DNA of 64,000 nucleotides from assembly GCF_001194135.2 (NCBI RefSeq), contig NC_068983.1:53032280-53096279 (forward strand), given 5' to 3'. Each line of letters begins with the position of its first letter. The stretch's first letter is position 1. The translations under genes and the position numbers were made by a program. The notes beneath the pieces are model-generated. The model worked only from the letters and a program-made list of their open reading frames with translations, searched no databases and was not told the origin of the DNA. The stretch is from Octopus bimaculoides. Its lineage: Eukaryota. Of this stretch, positions 51,157-63,845 are shown piece after piece.

Positions 51157-51382
51157 TTAACCTGTTCATTACTGTATTTATTTTGAGATGCCCTGCGTTT
51201 CTTTCTATTACTTTAAATATAGCAAAGAATTTAGTAAAATGACTTAGTCATCATTCAGCTAGTGTTAGAAACAAATTGTGACTAAGGTTTGGTGGAAAAT
51301 TTTAATTCAAAATTTATGAAAACAAGACATTTGTACTCAGAGCCAGAGCTGGTTTCAACTGAGTTGGTAACGAAAGGGTTAA
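51157..51382. mobile_element. Non-autonomous piggyBac-type MITE with TTAA target duplication
   Basis: TTAA|CCTGTTCATTAC ... GTAACGAAAGGG|TTAA: 13/16 terminal identity including the TTAA; CCC-type terminus at the right end. Confidence 0.7.
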
Positions 51383-51696
51383 TGTTTTGTAGATGTGCAG
51401 AAGCTGCAAAGTAATCTAGGAGAAATTCTTATATTTTCAAAATATCAATTTGTCTTTATGAGAACTGTAATTTTTGCATCTTAGTGAAACACAAGTAGTA
51501 TAGTTGAAAGTTCTCAAATAAAATATTAATAGTGCAGGTGATTCTATGAAATGAAGAAAAGAAATAATATTAATATGATCCACTGTAGGTGTAACAAGAA
51601 TCTGTTTGCTAAGCTGTGTCTTCTTATTTCTTCAAGAATCAAATTTATAAAAATGTAAATATAACATACCAAATATTATTTAATCTATTTTTGCAG

Positions 51697-51758
51697 AATT
51701 GGACAAATCTTTAGTATTCTCTAATTGTGTTGATTTTGTCTACTTCAGAATATTACTG
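51697..51758 (+). CDS. Candidate exon (LDKSLVFSNCVDFVYFRILL)
   Basis: TAATCTATTTTTGCAG acceptor, CTG|GTATTT donor, single open frame. Confidence 0.18.
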
Positions 51759-51907
51759 GTATTTATGCATGAAATAACAAGTGATAAATGTTACTCTAAA
51801 CTACCATAGCAGGATAAAGTTCTGTAAAGAATTTAGTTTGTAACTTCACTTTTTCTACTAGATTGTTGGTTTTTAATTCAAATATTGATAAATTTTTACT
51901 TTGACAC

Positions 51908-52394
51908 GAAACACAAAGCCAAATCTTTTTACTTTGTTGGGGTAGTTGTGTTCTATTAAAACATTTTTTGTTGGTCTCTGATTTCTGAGTGTTCCATTTG
52001 AGAGGGATGAAACTACTGAAATGAATTATTTTTCAATATGCTTACTTTTACTGTTAGCTCCCTGGTTTTACCACTGAAATGAAAAGTATTTCCAGTACTT
52101 GTAAAAGTGTTTATCATAGCTTAAATTCTCCTTGCTATCATTCATTTATATTATCATTGAATGATAGCAAGGAGAATTTAAGCTATGATAAACACTTTTA
52201 CAAGTACTGGAAATACTTTTCATTTCAGTGGTAAAACCAGGGAGCTAACAGTAAAAGTAAGCATATTGAAAAATAATTCATTTCAGTAGTTTCATCCCTC
52301 TCAAATGGAACACTCAGAAATCAGAGACCAACAAAAAATGTTTTAATAGAACACAACTACCCCAACAAAGTAAAAAGATTTGGCTTTGTGTTTC
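51908..52394. repeat. Perfect inverted repeat, 237-bp arms, 13-nt loop
   Basis: 51908-52144 is the exact reverse complement of 52158-52394 (checked base by base); loop TTTATATTATCAT. Confidence 0.99.
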
Positions 52395-53477
52395 TTACAT
52401 TTCAAGTTATAGACCCACAAAGCATTTTTGCTAGAATGAAGGGTTTGCAGTCATGATCTTTACAGGCCCTTCAACTCAATGGGTGCTATTAATTTACTCC
52501 AAATAACCACTGCATGAAAAAAAAAAAAAATGATAAAATATATTTTGTTCCTTTTTGAATTCTTGAATACTCTTTTCAATACTGTTTCAACACTGTTAAT
52601 TGCTAAACTGAAAAAATTATAGGTTTGTTGATCTAAACCCTATATAAAAAAATAAAATTCAATTCTTGAAGGTCATTTTAAAATATGCATAATACAAGAA
52701 TTGACAACCAACTGGCAATTTGAGTAAGAACTGATTAAAAGTGTAGTATGAAACCTAGAAAAGTAATCTGGAGATGTTAAATAACTATGCCATGTTAAAT
52801 CCATTGAAGTATTTTGTATGCTAGAAGTTGCACATAGAAAGAATTTAGGTTTCTTCTGTAGATGTTTTGTAAGTTTCTCTCCCTAGTTCCTGTTTCAGAA
52901 CTTCTTTTCTCTTCTGCACCTTGATATACAGGATATACAAATTTCAAATTAAGGGTTTGGATATAGTAAGATTTGAATTTTACATCTGAAATTTTAAAAA
53001 AAGCACAAATACCTTCATAGCTAACTATGAGAGCTTATTTCAAAATTGCTTTGAATTTAGTTCTTTACAACGTAGGATAATATATTGAGAAAGTTTCATA
53101 TATATTCTTTGGATTACAAAATAATTTAAAATTTAAATAAAATTTCCTTACTGTTAATAGTAATTTAATGTTAAAAACAAAACAAAAAAATAATAATAAT
53201 AATATATGTATTAAGTTTCTGAAAGTTTACAGTCTGATATTTTTACCCATATTCAGTTTTGTAGCCACTGATTGATTATTTTCTACATTAATACCTAATA
53301 TAATATATATTGTTATTGAAAATATACCATTATGAATTATTTATTTCCTAATTAATGAATTCATATCTTAGAAGTCTTTGTGATGTTATTTTTTTACTTT
53401 TGAAAATTGTATGTATTCACTCTTCTTCTCACAATAGCATTCTATATCAGGTGAGAAAAAATAGCTGTTTATAAGTA

Positions 53478-53690
53478 CAAGTAGAGCTGTGTCGTTTAGA
53501 AGTTTACTTTCCAACTACTTGGTTTTGGTTTCAGTCCCATGGCATGGTATGTTGGATAAGTGCGTTCTATTGCTCCATGCCAACCAAAAACACTGTGAGT
53601 GGATTTGGCAAACAGAAATTGAAAGAAACTGATTGTGTTTGTGTGTGTGTGTGTGTGTGCACATGTGTGCGTGTGTGTGTTATCTTGATA
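53478..53690 (+). mobile_element. Diverged SINE module A with (TG)n tail
   Basis: GGTTTCAGTCCCATGGCATGG...GTGAGTGGATTTGGC...GAAAGAAAC. Confidence 0.78.
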
Positions 53691-54204
53691 TCACATAATA
53701 GTTGTAAAGAAGCTTTATTTTGAATCTTCTATGGAGGAATATTACATCGCTTGGAAACAGGTGAGAGATGGCCATAGGAGGGAAATCTGGCATAAGAAAA
53801 TCTACCTGAAAAAATTCAATTTGTTCCATTTAAACATGGAAAAGTGGGCATTAAAATTATAATGATGATATATTGTATGTGTGTGTGTGTGTCCAGATCT
53901 GTTAAATTTACACTTGACTACAGATTTTGTATGTGTTGTTTGTGTCTTGTAATATAATGGCTCAGTAAATAGAGATTCATAAAATAAGTATCTGGTTGAA
54001 ATAAGTATTGGTGTTCACATGATTGATTAAATGTTTGAATTGCTTTAATCCTGTGAATGAAAATGAGAAAAATGTAGTTATTGACAGTAAATGAAACGAT
54101 ATTGTCATAAACAAGTGAAATTATCAATACAGTTGTAATTAGCATTTTTGTCAGTGTTTAAATCTATTGCAATATTCTCTGATTCTTCATACATAATATA
54201 GAAA

Positions 54205-54361
54205 TACATCATCATCATCATTTAACGTCCACTTTCCTTGCTAGCTTGGGTTAGATGATTTGACTGGGGACTGGCGAACCAGATGGCTGCACCAGGCTCC
54301 AATTTGATCTTGCAGAGTTTCTACAGCTGGATGCCCTTCCTAATGCCAACCACTCCAAGAG
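54205..54361 (-). mobile_element. Family C element 3' half
   Basis: (ATC)n TTTAACGTCCACTTTCC...TTTCTACAGCTGGATGCCCTTCCTAATGCCAACCACTCC, truncated by (TA)n. Confidence 0.92.
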
Positions 54362-54384
54362 TATATATATATATATATATATAT

Positions 54385-54485
54385 ATCTTATAGTAAAAAT
54401 GGATACATAAGGGTGGAAAATCACAGGAATAATGGTATTATTCCTGTGATTTTCCACCCTTATGTATCCATTTTTACTATAAGAT
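54385..54485. repeat. Perfect inverted repeat, 49-bp arms, 3-nt loop
   Basis: 54385-54433 is the exact reverse complement of 54437-54485; loop GGT. Confidence 0.99.
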
Positions 54486-55166
54486 GAATTCTAGCTCATG
54501 CTGAGCACTTCAACNNNNNNNNNNNNNNNNNNNNNNNNNNNNNNNNNNNNNNNNNNNNNNNNNNNNNNNNNNNNNNNNNNNNNNNNNNNNNNNNNNNNNN
54601 NNNNNNNNNNNNNNNNNNNNNNNNNNNNNNNNNNNNNNNNNNNNNNNNNNNNNNNNNNNNNNNNNNNNNNNNNNNNNNNNNNNNNNNNNNNNNNNNNNNN
54701 NNNNNNNNNNNNNNNNNNNNNNNNNNNNNNNNNNNNNNNNNNNNNNNNNNNNNNATATATATATATATATATATATATAATCTTTGAGCATTTTCATGAC
54801 ATTCAGCTTGAACTATCTTCTAGGTTTCTTGGCTGTAACAATTCTACATAAAGCAACATTCTAGGATAAGAAAAATATTGTCATTTCAAAGTAGGTGTCA
54901 GAATAGGTATTGTAGTGCTGTTTTGATATATATATGCTTGTTGGAAGTTCTGATAAACATATGGTCTTGAAATATTCACTTCTTGCCCTACTTGTGAATA
55001 GTTTTCACTACGATCACAGGCATATACATGTATGCATACATTTGGCAACTATGTAAATACTCACCAAATGTATGTATGCATGTGTGTGTCTGTATATCCC
55101 TGCATATGGGATTTGTATGGTTTTACTTTTATATATGTACATATACATAAATTTGTATGTCTTTAA

Positions 55167-55204
<38 letters not shown>

Positions 55205-55481
55205 TCTCGAGGTTAAATTTTTGAAAAGTGTTACAAGTTCCATTTATAGTTTGCAGTTATGATTTTTCAATTGGCTCTGTCTCTTTTGCTTTTGTGAAGT
55301 GCAGCTTATCAGGATTGGTGCAGAGGTAGTCCTCTACGTAGCTAAGTGCACTAATAATCACTGATCTAGATGTAATAAGTCAGCCTGTGTGCAGATTTCT
55401 CATTATTTCAGAATGGATGTTAACATCTCATAGACTACTGATTTCTACTACTGTGCACACTTTGTTCTTTCTTTGTCCCAG

Positions 55482-55562
55482 ATCATTATGTCTGGTCTCT
55501 TGTGCCTACATTTTACAGAGGTTTTGACAGAAATATTCCATCAGTATTGTTTCCATATAAGG
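55482..55562 (+). CDS. Candidate 81-nt exon (HYVWSLVPTFYRGFDRNIPSVLFPYK or IIMSGLLCLHFTEVLTEIFHQYCFHIR)
   Basis: TTTGTTCTTTCTTTGTCCCAG acceptor, AGG|GTAAGT donor, frame-preserving length, two open frames; best splice signals in the window. Confidence 0.4.
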
Positions 55563-55954
55563 GTAAGTATGCCTTCTATATGACTGTAACTTCTTATTTT
55601 CTGATATTTGTGTGTGTGTGTGTGTGTGCATATGCATATATGTGTGTATCTTTGGGCAGGTTTTGATCTTTGGGCTTGTGTATGTTTGTGTATGATAGCC
55701 ATTCAGTTTACTGACAGTTGCTCATTAAAACACTACACTACAATCACTAGCTATCTTTGTATTTTTATCTCTGTTAGAAAACAGCAAAAGAAAGCAAATA
55801 CTTAGAAAAGTGTCTGCATAACTTTGTTGCTTCGTTGGCATAATTATTTGCATACTTTCACTGCTCTGGCCTATCGAACAATGTGTCTTTCACTTACTAC
55901 TGTTGCATTTACTGTCTTACCACTTCTCTTTTCACAATGTTTCTCCTAACTAAT

Positions 55955-56170
55955 GCAGCAAGCTGGCAGAAGCATTAGCATGCTGGGTGAAATGCCTAGC
56001 GGTATTTCATCTGAATCTATGATCTGAGTTCAAATTCCACTAAGGTCGACTATGCTTTTCATCCTTTCGAGGTCGATAAATTAAGTACCAGTTGCATGAT
56101 GGGGTCGATCTAATCGACTGGCCCCCTCCCCCCAAATTTTGGGCCTTGTGCCTAAAGTAGAGAGGAATAT
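55955..56170 (+). mobile_element. SINE family D, full length and relatively young
   Basis: Complete signature with CpGs retained (GGTCGAC, GGTCGATAAATTAAGTACCAGTT, GGGGTCGATCTAATCGACTGGCCCC). Confidence 0.93.
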
Positions 56171-56794
56171 TTATCCTAACTCATGCTCTCTTTGAGTTAT
56201 TACTCTTTAGAATTACCTTCTTACTCATGTTCTGCAAACTTTGATCCACAGTTGTTTAAGATAAATATCAACAACAAATACCATTAATCTAAGAAAATTT
56301 GCAAAGGTGTTGTGCATTCTCTGCTAACCAACTTATCTACCACTTATGTTTCTGTCTGTCTGTCCATACATGCATGGCTACATGATTAAAAACTTTGTTT
56401 AGCAGTCACATGGTTTGTGATTTGGTCCTACTGTGTGGTACTTTCGATAAATGTGTTATACAATAAGCCCAAGGTGACAAATACTAAGTGAGTGACTCTG
56501 GCAGACAACTGGATGTGTGCGTATACGTGTGTGTGCAAGTGTGCAAGACTTCCACACTTACTGCTTGAAGAAACAATGATAATATTAACATTTCTTATGG
56601 ACTAGTCGCTGTTTGATTTTGAAGATCTCTGGAATAGAAATTACTTCACTTGTAAAACAAGTAAGGATTGGTAATGAGAAGAACAGCATGCTCAAAATAA
56701 CTCCCTGTCTTGTCCAAATGTGAAAAAAACAAGATGCCATATTAAAAAATGAATGAATGAATACACATTTAAAATATATTCACATGTATGACTA

Positions 56795-56939
56795 TCTGGT
56801 AAGTAGCTTGCTTCCCAACCACATGGTTCCAGGATTAGTCCCACTGCATGACACCTTGGGCAAGTGTCTTCTACTTTAGCCTCAAGCCAACCAAAGCCTT
56901 ATGAGTGGATTTGGTAGACAGAATCTGAGAGAAGCCTAT

Positions 56940-56976
<37 letters not shown>

Positions 56977-57228
56977 GTGTATGTATACATTTATATCTGT
57001 GTGTCTTTTGTCTTCGTATCTATGCTTGTTCCACTACCATTGCTTGACAACCGATGCTGGTGTGCTTGCATCCCCATAACTTAGTGGAAGAGACCAATAG
57101 AATAAATACTAGGCTTACAAAGAATAAGTCCCGGGGTCGATTTCTTTGACTAAAAAGCCCTTTAAGGTGGAGCTCCAGCATGGCCACAGTCAAATGACTG
57201 AAACAAACAAAAGAATGAAAGAAAGAAT
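56795..57228 (+). mobile_element. SINE composite: module A + (TG)n(TA)n + module B
   Basis: Both signatures collinear with 33281-33684. Confidence 0.92.
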
Positions 57229-57780
57229 GCTCACACAAAACACACACACATTTGTACTGGTTTCATTTGTTAGACATATAGTCCTGCTTAGACACTATCA
57301 TCAGGTTCTAATTGATCTTATTGATTGCAATACCTTTTCAATCTGGTACTTGTTTTATCACCCCCTACTTATTGAATGGCTAAGATTTACTTATCCCGTG
57401 TGTGTGTATGTGTGTAGTGCATTGTATATTATAAGATAATTGATAAATATTCTTTACCATTATTTGATGTTTTATGCTATATAGAACATTCTGCTTAGCA
57501 GATGGATATGATTCAAGTGAAACTATTCTGTCAGATCACAGATTTTCTTAAGTCTTCTTTATTTATGGCAACATGTCACTTTCTATTTGGTTATGTATGT
57601 AGTAAACTGTTAGTAGCACATACATATGGCTGCTACCAAACTTTCACCTTTATTGATACTAATATTTACTGTATTATAATATATCTAGTCACTCTACATA
57701 ATGTATTAAGTACTCTCAATTTTGTTCATGATGTCATTTAAAAGTCATTACTACACACACATATACAAGTGGCTGAAATA

Positions 57781-58112
57781 AGGCTCCTCTAAGGGATATC
57801 TGGGGTAACATTACTTCACAGGGTGCATAGCTGGAGAACAAGGTGTCTTACTGAGGGATCATGGCTCTAGTACACTGGACATGTGACTAGAATGCTACAA
57901 TGGGTTCTTCAAGCTGAGCCAAGTAGCAGAAGACCTAGGGTTATTCCAAGAATAATATTGTTGGGTAATATCCATAGCTTCAGCTGGTTATGCTTGAGAA
58001 TCCAGCCAGAAAATGTAATGACGGTTGCTTCTGATTGCACATTATGGAAGAGATACCTGAAGACTATATCTAGACCCTCCTAGGAATAGTGGGTAAAGAA
58101 GATGGATGGATG
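57781..58112 (+). mobile_element. RTE-clade LINE 3' end, Rex3/Expander-like, with (GGAT)n tail
   Basis: YTGHVTRM..VLQAEPSSRRPR...SWLCLRIQPE..VASDCTLW and terminal GAAGATGGATGGATGG. Confidence 0.75.
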
Positions 58113-58897
58113 GAAATTAGAATAAATATTTCTCGTGTTTGAATCTTAAGTTTCTCATCTTAACAATAGTGTTCATCAGCTGTTAAAAGGCAATATTTAG
58201 AATTTTGATTTGTTATATACATGCTGTATTTATCATAAAAGGTAGTAATCAGAGAATGAAAATGAAACAAAATGATTTGGAATGCATATGCTGTAACTTG
58301 AAATAGTCCTATTGTGTGTGTAAACTTCACACAGAATGCTTTACAAATACTGAATTCAAGATTTGAAATCATTTTTAATTCCTATAGGAGCATTTTATAA
58401 ATAGATATTTCTCAAAATACATCAAGATGTAATTTCTACTTCACATAAATATGTCTTGATGCATTTTGAAAAACATCATAATTTTTTTTCTTTCCTTTCT
58501 TTCTTTCTCTTTCCAGTTTTTCCTTTCTCTCTTTGAATGTCCAATTGGGAGATAGAGTACTCAATGCATGTTGCAAAGTTTATTTATTCATTTTGTTGTT
58601 ACTCCAGTTTCTCCTTTCTTTGTGCATTTCTTCATTTCATCTTTATATGTATAATTATATCAGCTACATAATGTGATGTCTGGTTTTGCATTTGGGATTC
58701 AAAGTAAGGCATAGTAAACATTATTCCTCATTTTCATAAAAAGTTAATTCAAATTATTTATTTATGATCACAGTTCTGTTGGGTAAAATTCTATGATATT
58801 TTATTATGACTATGTTGCTGCATATAAATGAGCATTTCTTATTCACAACTATTTTATGGGCTAGAATTTAGATTTGAAAAGCTACCTGTGTGCATGC

Positions 58898-58957
58898 ATG
58901 CACACACACACACACATACACACACGCACACACACACACACGCACACACGCACACAC

Positions 58958-59007
<50 letters not shown>
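58898..59007. repeat. Long interrupted (CA)n/(CG) microsatellite
   Basis: Directly visible. Confidence 0.97.
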
Positions 59008-59008
<1 letters not shown>

Positions 59009-60684
59009 TATATATATAATTCAATGTTCTTCTGATTATAATATCTCAGATAATTTATTCATATGTTTTAGCTAAATGTTTCCAGGAATATAGTGGCCAT
59101 CTATTACCTTCTAAACATTTTAATGTTTTTCACTCTTGTAAATGTGCAGTATTATATATTTGCCACTATTGAAGATTTGCAAAATTTGGCATTTTTTGCT
59201 GAGCCTTCTTCTTATTTTGTCCAGACATTCTGATACCAATTCATAAATTTAGTGCTGAGAGTAAAGTTAGTTATTTTGCTATATTTTTTGATTTTGAATT
59301 ACTGTGTTATATATATATGTATAGCCTTTTATAAGATCATTTAAATCACAACTGTTAATTCAATTTCTAAATCAAATCCAAATCAAGTAATTGCCTTTAT
59401 ATGATAAATTATTGCAACAGATTCTCTTAATTACCCTGGAAATTATTTATATTTATATATTCTATTTTGTTCATCTATTTTTATTGATGTTTGAAATATA
59501 ATAATTTTAATCCCACTACGGAAAAGAATTCTAAAAACAAAATGTATCGATTTTCTCAAAGCTGCCTGCAGTTATATTATTTTTTTTGAAATAATATTAT
59601 TTTTTAGCAATTAAAAAATATTTTATGAAAACTTCATTCTTAAGCTCTTGACATTAGGTCCAATATTAGCATTAGCTTAATAGTAAAAAAAATGTTACAC
59701 ATTAATTTCCTCTTTTAAAGAATTCTACCCAAGAGAATCAGTGAACTTAATCTCTAATAGTGTTCATGGAATCTGCCCAAAGCTGATTGAAGAAAATATG
59801 CTCTGAAGGTTGACGTTTTTAATGGTGGTTTTGTTTCTGCATTTTTCTAAAGAAAAAAAACAAAGGAAATAAATAACAATACAGGATTGATTTTAATTTT
59901 TAAGACAATCTAAAACCCTGACAGTTTGTAATTTTTTTTTTTATATCTATATTATGCAGGTGTAACAGAATTATCAAATTATTTGCACTTTGTATGGAAG
60001 TATATTCTGTAAATTTTCTCCCAGTTACTGCTAGTAGAAGTGTGTTGATTCATAGAATATTATAAAATTAAAATTATTGAAGGTCGTTGAAAAATCTACA
60101 AAGGAGTTAAACTAAAACCTTCTTAGAGATTGCTAAAACTATAGGAGAATAAGTAGAATAATAGTGAAAAAAATCAATTGTATATGTGCTCACTATCATA
60201 ACTTATTTTAGAATCATTGGAAATATTGGCAAAATGAATCAAACAGAAATATCCTGTGTATAACAGTCATACGTTTTTCAAATAAATGGATTTGACATTT
60301 TGTTATAAGCTGCTCAGAAAACAAGAAACTAACTTGTGTACATTTGATTTTCTCTATTTCACTTGAAATGAGTAGTTAAGAAAATATATCTGTTGAACTT
60401 GCCATTTAACTTTATCATAAGTTAGACAGCACATACATAACAGACACACACACACACACAGTTACTTTTTTTCCATGTTCTTCCTATTGCTGTCCCTCAG
60501 CTGTTTCTGAGCAAGTTAATACTTCTCCATGCCTGTACATGTTTTCATAGATGATTGGAAATTAAGGGTACCATATGTATAACAAGGATACTTGTTCACA
60601 GCTATAACATGATATCAAGGCATGAAAGCAAAACATTCTCACCAGCACATACCAGTGCATATACACGTGCATGTGTGTGATGTA

Positions 60685-60798
60685 TTTCTTTCAGTTTCTA
60701 TCTATCAAGTTCATTCACAAGGGTTTGGGTGCCCTGGGCTGTTGTAGAAGATACTTGCTCTAAGGTGCTAAGAAGTGAGACTGAACCTGAAACCACAG
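60685..60798 (-). mobile_element. Diverged SINE module A
   Basis: TTTCTTTCAGTTTCTATCT...GTAGAAGATACTTGCTCTAAGGTGC...GAGACTGAACC. Confidence 0.75.
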
Positions 60799-63544
60799 TT
60801 TTGACTTCAGTCTCTCTCTGTCTCTCACACACACACACACACACATTTATATGCGTGTGTGAGTGTGTGTGTGTAACTAATTAAAATGACTGAATTGAAT
60901 AGGAGTTTAATGCTTGGCATGATTGATAATCAATTTCATTACACATAAATCAGGGAACTTTAGTTGCTGCGGTGAAAGAGAAAATTTATATGAAACATTG
61001 AAACATGAATTACATGCATGCATTGCTATTAGATTAGTCATCCTTCAAACTATTAGTCACATTTAATCTGATTACTAAATGTGATTTTTATGTGAAATAA
61101 AATTGTTTCTCCAAACTTTTCATGTTTTGTAACTATGTTTTCAGTTTTAACATACTATCATATAGTTTTGTACTCTGTGCAAATACTATTTTCATTTTGA
61201 AATCAATGATATTAAGTAACTATAACTTTAGAGATATGTAAACTATTACAGTCTTAAATGATTTACAAAACTGCAAGTTGAATTTGGATAATGTTTGTAA
61301 ATGGTGTATTACTTTTTAATACATCACTTTATGTTTTACCATTACACTGGAGAAACTTATAATTTGGTTTTGGTTTGCATCAGAATATGTCTTTGGCAGA
61401 ATTTGAGTCTATAACTGTGTTATCATAACATTGTTATCAAAATATTATTTTGTTATCAGAATATTGTGTAAGCAAATAGAAATGAAAGAAATACCAATTG
61501 GAGATTTTGATATATAGAACTTTCTTATAAAGATTTTTTAAATAAATCATCACCACCATTACCATCATCATCATCATCATCATCTTCAGCATGGTGTTGG
61601 GCAACTCTTTTTGAATACTGTGCCTTGCTATTTGTTATATTTTTTTGTCAACTCTTTTGTGAAGTTCAACATCTTGAAATCAACTTTTATCATTTCTGAA
61701 CCATGTCTTCCTTGATCTTCTCATGGTATTTTATAGGCACTTTACACCACAAATCAGTATAAAATATTTTGATACTTGTTTATTAAATTTTCTCATGACA
61801 AAACTTTTTAAGATTTATCTTTGATTGGTTTACAGATCTTTAGTTTATCAACTCTGAGAATTTCAGTTTTATTTCTCAAACTGAAAAGTCATTGCTTACA
61901 AAATTTCCTGCTAAAATCCAGTGGTCTTAAAACATATTTGGCATATTCTCAGATTCACAAACTTTATATTATTTGATCGTGATTTAACTTCTTCCTCTTT
62001 TGTTTTATCTATTAAATGAAACAGTTGGTGTTTGTGAAGCAAATCTCTAGTTAACTCTCTTAATCATATATAAAAAGCTTCAAAGAGATAATGAGTTAAT
62101 TCATAACATAATGCATATACCATAATTTTATCATACAAAAGTGGTTCGTAACCTTCCCAATTTTCAAGGATATTTTGTTTCTTCATTTTGTTATAGCATT
62201 AATATGATACCCCTTATTGACATACCAAACATGAATTTTAGGTTATGTATCAATGTAAACATGCAAACAGCATTTTCACATTATATGAATTCATAAGAAA
62301 GGAAATTAAATTACTGTCTACTTTCTTTCTAATACTTTAATCATTTCCAAAAGTTATTTTTACTTTGACTATCCTATTTTAATAAAAAATACTTGTTTGT
62401 GTATGTTATTGGTTTGTATTAGTCTGTTAGAGGAGGAAAAGCAGTCCACCTTTTATTAGTTCTTCTAGATTAATGAAACCAATGCAGTTGATGTTGCATG
62501 CAGGAAATATAGGTAGGAAGGGAATTAGAGGGCTGCACCTTTGACAAGAAATATGAAATAGTTGCTTTACATAGTTGTTTAAACAAATACATACTAGATG
62601 TTAAATGATGATGATAAAAGACGTACTTATATGTACTCACATATAGATGCACTCACGTGTGTACACACACATTTGCTTAACTACTGTTTTTGTCACACAT
62701 CCCCAGCCCTGCACACACACACACACATACACACACACTCACCAAGGTCTTTGTTTCGTATGACTTCCTTAATAATACATATTCTTTTACTGAAATTTTG
62801 AAGAAACATTTTTAAAATGTACGTTATGCTTATGTTGATGAATTTGAAGCAAAAATAATTTTGTTTTTTATTGACAAAGATAAAGGTCCATACATTTTAA
62901 CCATTCAATAACTTACTCATCATTGTTGCACAGCATAAAAAAAAGTCTTTGATAAAATCTTGATTGATCTTATTCGTCGTAAACATGAAATTGGAAATAT
63001 AAAATAATTTGAGTTTATATCTAGTCTACAACAAGATCTAAAAGACTTCTAGATGATAACCCAGGAACATGCCCCATTTCCTCTTATCTCATATCATTAG
63101 TTTGTGCAATGACCACAGGCAAGTTATTGAATGGTTTAACGATATAAATTTCTCTCCTTTCAGAGTCAAAAAAATTTTTTTTAAGTTCATTAACATATTG
63201 ATAATGTACAACTTTTGAAAACATATTTCCACAAAAGTTTAATTAAAAAATAGATATTATTCAGAGTAGGGGTCACTAAACTTTAGTGCAACATCTAACA
63301 CTAATATAGTTTGGTGGAGTTTTAGGCTAAGCACTACTCTGCAACTCCACTTTATTCATAGGTCTTTAAGGTTATAATTATTGGAGATTATGATTTATTG
63401 AATAAACAAATTTTCAAATAAACAAGTTTTCAAGATTATAATTTTTTCATTTTATTTTGTTCCTTCCCCTTCTCCAGAAAATTTTTATAACTTAAATAAA
63501 TTGTTTTATAATTCTAGTGTTAATTTTCTGAGTAAATGTGGAGC

Positions 63545-63845
63545 ATCTTGCATTTCATATGGCATTCCTCACTTATTTCAGTATCCTTCAAAAACACCCA
63601 CCTGAATTTGAGCTGCTATGTAGAGACCAATTCTGGCACATCTAACATTTTAAGTGTTATTACTTAGGTGTGACAAAATTGCATTCTACCTCCACCATTG
63701 TTTCTTTTCTGGTTAAACTTTATCATGAGGAGATCAATTGACTTTGTGAGTGTAGGCAATACCTAGAAGCATGAACTAACAACTTACAAACCTAGTCTTT
63801 GCTGGTGACATCACACTTATTGCAAAAGACATAGTAGACAAATCT
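63545..63845 (+). mobile_element. Decayed LINE RT fragment (RTE-like)
   Basis: V*QNCILPPPLF..LNFIMR (GVRQGCILSP.LF-like) and LTNLVFAGDITLIA (FADD-like). Confidence 0.65.
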
